DNA of 64,000 nt from Azolla caroliniana (taxonomy: Eukaryota; Plantae; Polypodiophyta), in contig JBHGNT010000118.1 of NCBI GenBank assembly GCA_043228905.1, forward strand, positions 1 to 64,000. The letters run 5' to 3'. The notes below the pieces were generated by a model that saw only the letters and a program-made list of their open reading frames with translations, was not told the DNA's origin and searched no databases. The position numbers and the translations under genes were made by a program. Of this stretch, positions 1 to 11,262 are shown piece by piece. Within the stretch, counting starts at the first letter, position 1. Each line of letters starts with the position of its first letter.

Positions 1-410
1 GCAGCGTGGTTGGAATTCTCAATTGCGGTTTCCGTCCAAGGTGCTCATACGTACAACCGTAATGCGTGGTCTTCCTCTGCGTTATTCCAGGTGACACGAG
101 TCTCGAGTAAGCGTCGGTCATTCCCAAGAACTTGAACCGCAGATTTGACCAGTAAGCGAGCAGATACCTATTACATCCGACTTTGACGTGATCGCCAAAT
201 GTATTCGGAAGCCCCAAGTAAGGCACCGTCATGGCGGTCACTTCGCAGGCTCATTCCTCTTAACCTTCCACACGTGCGCGGTTAGCAATCCCTAAAGAAC
301 TCCTCGAACGAAGCTCGGGCGGTAACGTCTTGAATAAGGACCCACGCAAGGAGGCGAGGGAAACAAGATCGTAGCGGTGGTTTTGACGTACAGCTAATTC
401 AACCGCGCGG

Positions 411-482
411 TATCAGAGCGAGGTTTCGATCCTCGGACCTGTGGGTTATGGGCCCACCACGCTTCCGCTGCGCCACTCTGAT
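411..482 (-). tRNA. tRNA-iMet: Initiator tRNA-Met (CAT), copy 1
   Basis: Reverse complement is ATCAGAG TG GCGC AGCGGAA GCGT G GTGGG CCCATAA CCCAC AGGTC CGAGG ATCGAAA CCTCG CTCTGAT A. Full cloverleaf with A1-U72, three G-C pairs at 29-31/39-41, C33, A54 and A60, all eukaryotic initiator hallmarks. Anticodon at 448-450. No intron. Confidence 0.98.
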
Positions 483-520
483 GCGGATGACTTGAAAGCC
501 AAAGAGAGATAAAGAATTCA
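483..520 (-). promoter_or_regulatory. Putative tRNA 5' flank: CAA at -12..-10 and AT-rich TTTAT near -30 (in every unit)
   Basis: Minus strand reads TGAATTCTTTATCTCTCTTTGGCTTTCAAGTCATCCGC then the tRNA. A CAA and a TA-rich box are typical upstream of plant tRNA genes. Internal A box TGGCGCAGCGG and B box GGATCGAAACC are intact. Confidence 0.45.
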
Positions 521-1480
521 AAGAGAACGACGCGAGAGCTCTTGCTTATTTCTCCATGTTAATCTACTCGAGAAGCCATGGAAACGTTGTAAACAAGGTC
601 GAGGTTAGCAAATGGAGCGTGAACAACCCGAGCATGAGCACGGCGGGTGGCCTCGTTAAGTAGTATGGATGTTCCTACCTACTCGGCGCACGTCAATGTG
701 TCTGCCTCGTTCGTTCTTGCTACGGACTTGGAGCGGGAGAACACCCTCTTGTGGGCAACGCGAGAGAGAGGGCGACCTGATTATTCTTGAGCATGGCGAC
801 ATACCACATTGGCTCGCTAGGAAACCGTCTTCCTCACCTTGGCGCGTCGAGGCCTTGTGTCACCCGTTGGACTCGGGTCGCCGCTTCTATGGTTGCACCG
901 AACTGGGAAAATGATCGACGATAGTTTCACACCAGTTTCCGTTCCCTTTCGGGAACCCTCAAACGCTATATGGTACGTGCCACAAACCTCGGGAAGCGAC
1001 CCCCCCTCGAAACTAGGTCATACGGCCTCCAGCCCGATGACGTGCGGACGTGGAAGGTTTGTCGACTAGCAAACAACCCGAGCCTTGCAGCATTCCGAGA
1101 ACGTTGTCATTCGTTACAGCGAGGACCTTCCTGTTTCTTCTCCGTTGACGTTGCATTGGAAAGGAAAGGGGAACAAGAGAACGCATTTCAACCGTTTTGT
1201 TTTGATCAGGGGTTGTTGGTGCGCGTCATTTGGCTCACGCTAAATCTCAAAGGCTGCAGCTAGAGTTTTGACGATGTTAAAAGGTGGTTACGTATCCCAC
1301 CGATCTATGGCTTTGTTCGGTAAAACCTGCAAGGCGAGACGATGTTGCCAGGATGTTTGGTCGGGAAGACGAGTCCGCAACCTTGGATGGATTGGTAGAT
1401 GGAGGGTAAATTGCACCAACATTGTCAACGGTAAGTTCTAACGTGTTGCATTGAACGTCGTGCCGTAACGGCTCCCGTCG

Positions 1481-1502
1481 AAAGCAAAAGAAAGACGTGA
1501 AA
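1481..1502 (-). terminator. Candidate Pol III terminator for tRNA copy 2 (first T4 run; repeated in every unit)
   Basis: Minus strand TTTCACGTCTTTCTTTTGCTTT. The T4 run (1486-1489) is the first one downstream of the tRNA 3' end at 1951, 461 nt away. Confidence 0.45.
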
Positions 1503-1950
1503 GAGAGCATCAAGTCTGATGCGCGGTTGCGGGGAATGTTGCAGCGTGGTTGGAATTCTCAATTGCGGTTTCCGTCCAAGGTGCTCATACGTACAACCGT
1601 AATGCGTGGTCTTCCTCTGCGTTATTCCAGGTGACACGAGTCTCGAGTAAGCGTCGGTCATTCCCAAGAACTTGAACCGCAGATTTGACCAGTAAGCGAG
1701 CAGATACCTATTACATCCGACTTTGACGTGATCGCCAAATGTATTCGGAAGCCCCAAGTAAGGCACCGTCATGGCGGTCACTTCGCAGGCTCATTCCTCT
1801 TAACCTTCCACACGTGCGCGGTTAGCAATCCCTAAAGAACTCCTCGAACGAAGCTCGGGCGGTAACGTCTTGAATAAGGACCCACGCAAGGAGGCGAGGG
1901 AAACAAGATCGTAGCGGTGGTTTTGACGTACAGCTAATTCAACCGCGCGG

Positions 1951-2022
1951 TATCAGAGCGAGGTTTCGATCCTCGGACCTGTGGGTTATGGGCCCACCAC
2001 GCTTCCGCTGCGCCACTCTGAT
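1951..2022 (-). tRNA. tRNA-iMet: Initiator tRNA-Met (CAT), copy 2
   Basis: Same sequence as copy 1. Confidence 0.97.
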
Positions 2023-3490
2023 GCGGATGACTTGAAAGCCAAAGAGAGATAAAGAATTCAAAGAGAACGACGCGAGAGCTCTTGCTTATTTCTCCATGTT
2101 AATCTACTCGAGAAGCCATGGAAACGTTGTAAACAAGGTCGAGGTTAGCAAATGGAGCGTGAACAACCCGAGCATGAGCACGGCGGGTGGCCTCGTTAAG
2201 TAGTATGGATGTTCCTACCTACTCGGCGCACGTCAATGTGTCTGCCTCGTTCGTTCTTGCTACGGACTTGGAGCGGGAGAACACCCTCTTGTGGGCAACG
2301 CGAGAGAGAGGGCGACCTGATTATTCTTGAGCATGGCGACATACCACATTGGCTCGCTAGGAAACCGTCTTCCTCACCTTGGCGCGTCGAGGCCTTGTGT
2401 CACCCGTTGGACTCGGGTCGCCGCTTCTATGGTTGCACCGAACTGGGAAAATGATCGACGATAGTTTCACACCAGTTTCCGTTCCCTTTCGGGAACCCTC
2501 AAACGCTATATGGTACGTGCCACAAACCTCGGGAAGCGACCCCCCCTCGAAACTAGGTCATACGGCCTCCAGCCCGATGACGTGCGGACGTGGAAGGTTT
2601 GTCGACTAGCAAACAACCCGAGCCTTGCAGCATTCCGAGAACGTTGTCATTCGTTACAGCGAGGACCTTCCTGTTTCTTCTCCGTTGACGTTGCATTGGA
2701 AAGGAAAGGGGAACAAGAGAACGCATTTCAACCGTTTTGTTTTGATCAGGGGTTGTTGGTGCGCGTCATTTGGCTCACGCTAAATCTCAAAGGCTGCAGC
2801 TAGAGTTTTGACGATGTTAAAAGGTGGTTACGTATCCCACCGATCTATGGCTTTGTTCGGTAAAACCTGCAAGGCGAGACGATGTTGCCAGGATGTTTGG
2901 TCGGGAAGACGAGTCCGCAACCTTGGATGGATTGGTAGATGGAGGGTAAATTGCACCAACATTGTCAACGGTAAGTTCTAACGTGTTGCATTGAACGTCG
3001 TGCCGTAACGGCTCCCGTCGAAAGCAAAAGAAAGACGTGAAAGAGAGCATCAAGTCTGATGCGCGGTTGCGGGGAATGTTGCAGCGTGGTTGGAATTCTC
3101 AATTGCGGTTTCCGTCCAAGGTGCTCATACGTACAACCGTAATGCGTGGTCTTCCTCTGCGTTATTCCAGGTGACACGAGTCTCGAGTAAGCGTCGGTCA
3201 TTCCCAAGAACTTGAACCGCAGATTTGACCAGTAAGCGAGCAGATACCTATTACATCCGACTTTGACGTGATCGCCAAATGTATTCGGAAGCCCCAAGTA
3301 AGGCACCGTCATGGCGGTCACTTCGCAGGCTCATTCCTCTTAACCTTCCACACGTGCGCGGTTAGCAATCCCTAAAGAACTCCTCGAACGAAGCTCGGGC
3401 GGTAACGTCTTGAATAAGGACCCACGCAAGGAGGCGAGGGAAACAAGATCGTAGCGGTGGTTTTGACGTACAGCTAATTCAACCGCGCGG

Positions 3491-3562
3491 TATCAGAGCG
3501 AGGTTTCGATCCTCGGACCTGTGGGTTATGGGCCCACCACGCTTCCGCTGCGCCACTCTGAT
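3491..3562 (-). tRNA. tRNA-iMet: Initiator tRNA-Met (CAT), copy 3
   Basis: Same sequence as copy 1. Confidence 0.97.
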
Positions 3563-5030
3563 GCGGATGACTTGAAAGCCAAAGAGAGATAAAGAATTCA
3601 AAGAGAACGACGCGAGAGCTCTTGCTTATTTCTCCATGTTAATCTACTCGAGAAGCCATGGAAACGTTGTAAACAAGGTCGAGGTTAGCAAATGGAGCGT
3701 GAACAACCCGAGCATGAGCACGGCGGGTGGCCTCGTTAAGTAGTATGGATGTTCCTACCTACTCGGCGCACGTCAATGTGTCTGCCTCGTTCGTTCTTGC
3801 TACGGACTTGGAGCGGGAGAACACCCTCTTGTGGGCAACGCGAGAGAGAGGGCGACCTGATTATTCTTGAGCATGGCGACATACCACATTGGCTCGCTAG
3901 GAAACCGTCTTCCTCACCTTGGCGCGTCGAGGCCTTGTGTCACCCGTTGGACTCGGGTCGCCGCTTCTATGGTTGCACCGAACTGGGAAAATGATCGACG
4001 ATAGTTTCACACCAGTTTCCGTTCCCTTTCGGGAACCCTCAAACGCTATATGGTACGTGCCACAAACCTCGGGAAGCGACCCCCCCTCGAAACTAGGTCA
4101 TACGGCCTCCAGCCCGATGACGTGCGGACGTGGAAGGTTTGTCGACTAGCAAACAACCCGAGCCTTGCAGCATTCCGAGAACGTTGTCATTCGTTACAGC
4201 GAGGACCTTCCTGTTTCTTCTCCGTTGACGTTGCATTGGAAAGGAAAGGGGAACAAGAGAACGCATTTCAACCGTTTTGTTTTGATCAGGGGTTGTTGGT
4301 GCGCGTCATTTGGCTCACGCTAAATCTCAAAGGCTGCAGCTAGAGTTTTGACGATGTTAAAAGGTGGTTACGTATCCCACCGATCTATGGCTTTGTTCGG
4401 TAAAACCTGCAAGGCGAGACGATGTTGCCAGGATGTTTGGTCGGGAAGACGAGTCCGCAACCTTGGATGGATTGGTAGATGGAGGGTAAATTGCACCAAC
4501 ATTGTCAACGGTAAGTTCTAACGTGTTGCATTGAACGTCGTGCCGTAACGGCTCCCGTCGAAAGCAAAAGAAAGACGTGAAAGAGAGCATCAAGTCTGAT
4601 GCGCGGTTGCGGGGAATGTTGCAGCGTGGTTGGAATTCTCAATTGCGGTTTCCGTCCAAGGTGCTCATACGTACAACCGTAATGCGTGGTCTTCCTCTGC
4701 GTTATTCCAGGTGACACGAGTCTCGAGTAAGCGTCGGTCATTCCCAAGAACTTGAACCGCAGATTTGACCAGTAAGCGAGCAGATACCTATTACATCCGA
4801 CTTTGACGTGATCGCCAAATGTATTCGGAAGCCCCAAGTAAGGCACCGTCATGGCAGTCACTTCGCAGGCTCATTCCTCTTAACCTTCCACACGTGCGCG
4901 GTTAGCAATCCCTAAAGAACTCCTCGAACGAAGCTCGGGCGGTAACGTCTTGAATAAGGACCCACGCAAGGAGGCGAGGGAAACAAGATCGTAGCGGTGG
5001 TTTTGACGTACAGCTAATTCAACCGCGCGG

Positions 5031-5102
5031 TATCAGAGCGAGGTTTCGATCCTCGGACCTGTGGGTTATGGGCCCACCACGCTTCCGCTGCGCCACTCTG
5101 AT
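5031..5102 (-). tRNA. tRNA-iMet: Initiator tRNA-Met (CAT), copy 4
   Basis: Same sequence as copy 1. Confidence 0.97.
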
Positions 5103-6570
5103 GCGGATGACTTGAAAGCCAAAGAGAGATAAAGAATTCAAAGAGAACGACGCGAGAGCTCTTGCTTATTTCTCCATGTTAATCTACTCGAGAAGCCATG
5201 GAAACGTTGTAAACAAGGTCGAGGTTAGCAAATGGAGCGTGAACAACCCGAGCATGAGCACGGCGGGTGGCCTCGTTAAGTAGTATGGATGTTCCTACCT
5301 ACTCGGCGCACGTCAATGTGTCTGCCTCGTTCGTTCTTGCTACGGACTTGGAGCGGGAGAACACCCTCTTGTGGGCAACGCGAGAGAGAGGGCGACCTGA
5401 TTATTCTTGAGCATGGCGACATACCACATTGGCTCGCTAGGAAACCGTCTTCCTCACCTTGGCGCGTCGAGGCCTTGTGTCACCCGTTGGACTCGGGTCG
5501 CCGCTTCTATGGTTGCACCGAACTGGGAAAATGATCGACGATAGTTTCACACCAGTTTCCGTTCCCTTTCGGGAACCCTCAAACGCTATATGGTACGTGC
5601 CACAAACCTCGGGAAGCGACCCCCCCTCGAAACTAGGTCATACGGCCTCCAGCCCGATGACGTGCGGACGTGGAAGGTTTGTCGACTAGCAAACAACCCG
5701 AGCCTTGCAGCATTCCGAGAACGTTGTCATTCGTTACAGCGAGGACCTTCCTGTTTCTTCTCCGTTGACGTTGCATTGGAAAGGAAAGGGGAACAAGAGA
5801 ACGCATTTCAACCGTTTTGTTTTGATCAGGGGTTGTTGGTGCGCGTCATTTGGCTCACGCTAAATCTCAAAGGCTGCAGCTAGAGTTTTGACGATGTTAA
5901 AAGGTGGTTACGTATCCCACCGATCTATGGCTTTGTTCGGTAAAACCTGCAAGGCGAGACGATGTTGCCAGGATGTTTGGTCGGGAAGACGAGTCCGCAA
6001 CCTTGGATGGATTGGTAGATGGAGGGTAAATTGCACCAACATTGTCAACGGTAAGTTCTAACGTGTTGCATTGAACGTCGTGCCGTAACGGCTCCCGTCG
6101 AAAGCAAAAGAAAGACGTGAAAGAGAGCATCAAGTCTGATGCGCGGTTGCGGGGAATGTTGCAGCGTGGTTGGAATTCTCAATTGCGGTTTCCGTCCAAG
6201 GTGCTCATACGTACAACCGTAATGCGTGGTCTTCCTCTGCGTTATTCCAGGTGACACGAGTCTCGAGTAAGCGTCGGTCATTCCCAAGAACTTGAACCGC
6301 AGATTTGACCAGTAAGCGAGCAGATACCTATTACATCCGACTTTGACGTGATCGCCAAATGTATTCGGAAGCCCCAAGTAAGGCACCGTCATGGCGGTCA
6401 CTTCGCAGGCTCATTCCTCTTAACCTTCCACACGTGCGCGGTTAGCAATCCCTAAAGAACTCCTCGAACGAAGCTCGGGCGGTAACGTCTTGAATAAGGA
6501 CCCACGCAAGGAGGCGAGGGAAACAAGATCGTAGCGGTGGTTTTGACGTACAGCTAATTCAACCGCGCGG

Positions 6571-6642
6571 TATCAGAGCGAGGTTTCGATCCTCGGACCT
6601 GTGGGTTATGGGCCCACCACGCTTCCGCTGCGCCACTCTGAT
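6571..6642 (-). tRNA. tRNA-iMet: Initiator tRNA-Met (CAT), copy 5
   Basis: Same sequence as copy 1. Confidence 0.97.
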
Positions 6643-8110
6643 GCGGATGACTTGAAAGCCAAAGAGAGATAAAGAATTCAAAGAGAACGACGCGAGAGCT
6701 CTTGCTTATTTCTCCATGTTAATCTACTCGAGAAGCCATGGAAACGTTGTAAACAAGGTCGAGGTTAGCAAATGGAGCGTGAACAACCCGAGCATGAGCA
6801 CGGCGGGTGGCCTCGTTAAGTAGTATGGATGTTCCTACCTACTCGGCGCACGTCAATGTGTCTGCCTCGTTCGTTCTTGCTACGGACTTGGAGCGGGAGA
6901 ACACCCTCTTGTGGGCAACGCGAGAGAGAGGGCGACCTGATTATTCTTGAGCATGGCGACATACCACATTGGCTCGCTAGGAAACCGTCTTCCTCACCTT
7001 GGCGCGTCGAGGCCTTGTGTCACCCGTTGGACTCGGGTCGCCGCTTCTATGGTTGCACCGAACTGGGAAAATGATCGACGATAGTTTCACACCAGTTTCC
7101 GTTCCCTTTCGGGAACCCTCAAACGCTATATGGTACGTGCCACAAACCTCGGGAAGCGACCCCCCCTCGAAACTAGGTCATACGGCCTCCAGCCCGATGA
7201 CGTGCGGACGTGGAAGGTTTGTCGACTAGCAAACAACCCGAGCCTTGCAGCATTCCGAGAACGTTGTCATTCGTTACAGCGAGGACCTTCCTGTTTCTTC
7301 TCCGTTGACGTTGCATTGGAAAGGAAAGGGGAACAAGAGAACGCATTTCAACCGTTTTGTTTTGATCAGGGGTTGTTGGTGCGCGTCATTTGGCTCACGC
7401 TAAATCTCAAAGGCTGCAGCTAGAGTTTTGACGATGTTAAAAGGTGGTTACGTATCCCACCGATCTATGGCTTTGTTCGGTAAAACCTGCAAGGCGAGAC
7501 GATGTTGCCAGGATGTTTGGTCGGGAAGACGAGTCCGCAACCTTGGATGGATTGGTAGATGGAGGGTAAATTGCACCAACATTGTCAACGGTAAGTTCTA
7601 ACGTGTTGCATTGAACGTCGTGCCGTAACGGCTCCCGTCGAAAGCAAAAGAAAGACGTGAAAGAGAGCATCAAGTCTGATGCGCGGTTGCGGGGAATGTT
7701 GCAGCGTGGTTGGAATTCTCAATTGCGGTTTCCGTCCAAGGTGCTCATACGTACAACCGTAATGCGTGGTCTTCCTCTGCGTTATTCCAGGTGACACGAG
7801 TCTCGAGTAAGCGTCGGTCATTCCCAAGAACTTGAACCGCAGATTTGACCAGTAAGCGAGCAGATACCTATTACATCCGACTTTGACGTGATCGCCAAAT
7901 GTATTCGGAAGCCCCAAGTAAGGCACCGTCATGGCGGTCACTTCGCAGGCTCATTCCTCTTAACCTTCCACACGTGCGCGGTTAGCAATCCCTAAAGAAC
8001 TCCTCGAACGAAGCTCGGGCGGTAACGTCTTGAATAAGGACCCACGCAAGGAGGCGAGGGAAACAAGATCGTAGCGGTGGTTTTGACGTACAGCTAATTC
8101 AACCGCGCGG

Positions 8111-8182
8111 TATCAGAGCGAGGTTTCGATCCTCGGACCTGTGGGTTATGGGCCCACCACGCTTCCGCTGCGCCACTCTGAT
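8111..8182 (-). tRNA. tRNA-iMet: Initiator tRNA-Met (CAT), copy 6
   Basis: Same sequence as copy 1. Confidence 0.97.
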
Positions 8183-9650
8183 GCGGATGACTTGAAAGCC
8201 AAAGAGAGATAAAGAATTCAAAGAGAACGACGCGAGAGCTCTTGCTTATTTCTCCATGTTAATCTACTCGAGAAGCCATGGAAACGTTGTAAACAAGGTC
8301 GAGGTTAGCAAATGGAGCGTGAACAACCCGAGCATGAGCACGGCGGGTGGCCTCGTTAAGTAGTATGGATGTTCCTACCTACTCGGCGCACGTCAATGTG
8401 TCTGCCTCGTTCGTTCTTGCTACGGACTTGGAGCGGGAGAACACCCTCTTGTGGGCAACGCGAGAGAGAGGGCGACCTGATTATTCTTGAGCATGGCGAC
8501 ATACCACATTGGCTCGCTAGGAAACCGTCTTCCTCACCTTGGCGCGTCGAGGCCTTGTGTCACCCGTTGGACTCGGGTCGCCGCTTCTATGGTTGCACCG
8601 AACTGGGAAAATGATCGACGATAGTTTCACACCAGTTTCCGTTCCCTTTCGGGAACCCTCAAACGCTATATGGTACGTGCCACAAACCTCGGGAAGCGAC
8701 CCCCCCTCGAAACTAGGTCATACGGCCTCCAGCCCGATGACGTGCGGACGTGGAAGGTTTGTCGACTAGCAAACAACCCGAGCCTTGCAGCATTCCGAGA
8801 ACGTTGTCATTCGTTACAGCGAGGACCTTCCTGTTTCTTCTCCGTTGACGTTGCATTGGAAAGGAAAGGGGAACAAGAGAACGCATTTCAACCGTTTTGT
8901 TTTGATCAGGGGTTGTTGGTGCGCGTCATTTGGCTCACGCTAAATCTCAAAGGCTGCAGCTAGAGTTTTGACGATGTTAAAAGGTGGTTACGTATCCCAC
9001 CGATCTATGGCTTTGTTCGGTAAAACCTGCAAGGCGAGACGATGTTGCCAGGATGTTTGGTCGGGAAGACGAGTCCGCAACCTTGGATGGATTGGTAGAT
9101 GGAGGGTAAATTGCACCAACATTGTCAACGGTAAGTTCTAACGTGTTGCATTGAACGTCGTGCCGTAACGGCTCCCGTCGAAAGCAAAAGAAAGACGTGA
9201 AAGAGAGCATCAAGTCTGATGCGCGGTTGCGGGGAATGTTGCAGCGTGGTTGGAATTCTCAATTGCGGTTTCCGTCCAAGGTGCTCATACGTACAACCGT
9301 AATGCGTGGTCTTCCTCTGCGTTATTCCAGGTGACACGAGTCTCGAGTAAGCGTCGGTCATTCCCAAGAACTTGAACCGCAGATTTGACCAGTAAGCGAG
9401 CAGATACCTATTACATCCGACTTTGACGTGATCGCCAAATGTATTCGGAAGCCCCAAGTAAGGCACCGTCATGGCGGTCACTTCGCAGGCTCATTCCTCT
9501 TAACCTTCCACACGTGCGCGGTTAGCAATCCCTAAAGAACTCCTCGAACGAAGCTCGGGCGGTAACGTCTTGAATAAGGACCCACGCAAGGAGGCGAGGG
9601 AAACAAGATCGTAGCGGTGGTTTTGACGTACAGCTAATTCAACCGCGCGG

Positions 9651-9722
9651 TATCAGAGCGAGGTTTCGATCCTCGGACCTGTGGGTTATGGGCCCACCAC
9701 GCTTCCGCTGCGCCACTCTGAT
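9651..9722 (-). tRNA. tRNA-iMet: Initiator tRNA-Met (CAT), copy 7
   Basis: Same sequence as copy 1. Confidence 0.97.
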
Positions 9723-11190
9723 GCGGATGACTTGAAAGCCAAAGAGAGATAAAGAATTCAAAGAGAACGACGCGAGAGCTCTTGCTTATTTCTCCATGTT
9801 AATCTACTCGAGAAGCCATGGAAACGTTGTAAACAAGGTCGAGGTTAGCAAATGGAGCGTGAACAACCCGAGCATGAGCACGGCGGGTGGCCTCGTTAAG
9901 TAGTATGGATGTTCCTACCTACTCGGCGCACGTCAATGTGTCTGCCTCGTTCGTTCTTGCTACGGACTTGGAGCGGGAGAACACCCTCTTGTGGGCAACG
10001 CGAGAGAGAGGGCGACCTGATTATTCTTGAGCATGGCGACATACCACATTGGCTCGCTAGGAAACCGTCTTCCTCACCTTGGCGCGTCGAGGCCTTGTGT
10101 CACCCGTTGGACTCGGGTCGCCGCTTCTATGGTTGCACCGAACTGGGAAAATGATCGACGATAGTTTCACACCAGTTTCCGTTCCCTTTCGGGAACCCTC
10201 AAACGCTATATGGTACGTGCCACAAACCTCGGGAAGCGACCCCCCCTCGAAACTAGGTCATACGGCCTCCAGCCCGATGACGTGCGGACGTGGAAGGTTT
10301 GTCGACTAGCAAACAACCCGAGCCTTGCAGCATTCCGAGAACGTTGTCATTCGTTACAGCGAGGACCTTCCTGTTTCTTCTCCGTTGACGTTGCATTGGA
10401 AAGGAAAGGGGAACAAGAGAACGCATTTCAACCGTTTTGTTTTGATCAGGGGTTGTTGGTGCGCGTCATTTGGCTCACGCTAAATCTCAAAGGCTGCAGC
10501 TAGAGTTTTGACGATGTTAAAAGGTGGTTACGTATCCCACCGATCTATGGCTTTGTTCGGTAAAACCTGCAAGGCGAGACGATGTTGCCAGGATGTTTGG
10601 TCGGGAAGACGAGTCCGCAACCTTGGATGGATTGGTAGATGGAGGGTAAATTGCACCAACATTGTCAACGGTAAGTTCTAACGTGTTGCATTGAACGTCG
10701 TGCCGTAACGGCTCCCGTCGAAAGCAAAAGAAAGACGTGAAAGAGAGCATCAAGTCTGATGCGCGGTTGCGGGGAATGTTGCAGCGTGGTTGGAATTCTC
10801 AATTGCGGTTTCCGTCCAAGGTGCTCATACGTACAACCGTAATGCGTGGTCTTCCTCTGCGTTATTCCAGGTGACACGAGTCTCGAGTAAGCGTCGGTCA
10901 TTCCCAAGAACTTGAACCGCAGATTTGACCAGTAAGCGAGCAGATACCTATTACATCCGACTTTGACGTGATCGCCAAATGTATTCGGAAGCCCCAAGTA
11001 AGGCACCGTCATGGCAGTCACTTCGCAGGCTCATTCCTCTTAACCTTCCACACGTGCGCGGTTAGCAATCCCTAAAGAACTCCTCGAACGAAGCTCGGGC
11101 GGTAACGTCTTGAATAAGGACCCACGCAAGGAGGCGAGGGAAACAAGATCGTAGCGGTGGTTTTGACGTACAGCTAATTCAACCGCGCGG

Positions 11191-11262
11191 TATCAGAGCG
11201 AGGTTTCGATCCTCGGACCTGTGGGTTATGGGCCCACCACGCTTCCGCTGCGCCACTCTGAT
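11191..11262 (-). tRNA. tRNA-iMet: Initiator tRNA-Met (CAT), copy 8
   Basis: Same sequence as copy 1. Confidence 0.97.

Noticed and set aside
1171-1185. GAACAAGAGAACGCA as a possible guide complementary to the H4 downstream element
   Set aside because: Needs gaps and mismatches, lies on the strand opposite the tRNA, and has no snRNA context; consistent with chance.
1-1540. 5S rRNA, spliceosomal snRNA, U3, SRP RNA, telomerase RNA or hammerhead ribozyme (retrozyme) within the unit
   Set aside because: By eye there is no 5S core, no U1/U2/U6 signature, no CTGANGA hammerhead core on either strand and no clear C/D box pair. The single CCCTAAA (290-296) is on the strand opposite the tRNA transcript. 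A cmscan would be decisive.
669-1781. Five short ORFs (76-118 aa) repeated in every array unit
   Set aside because: They overlap in conflicting frames and strands, several lack an ATG start, and none has a recognisable domain. Their recurrence only reflects the DNA repeat.
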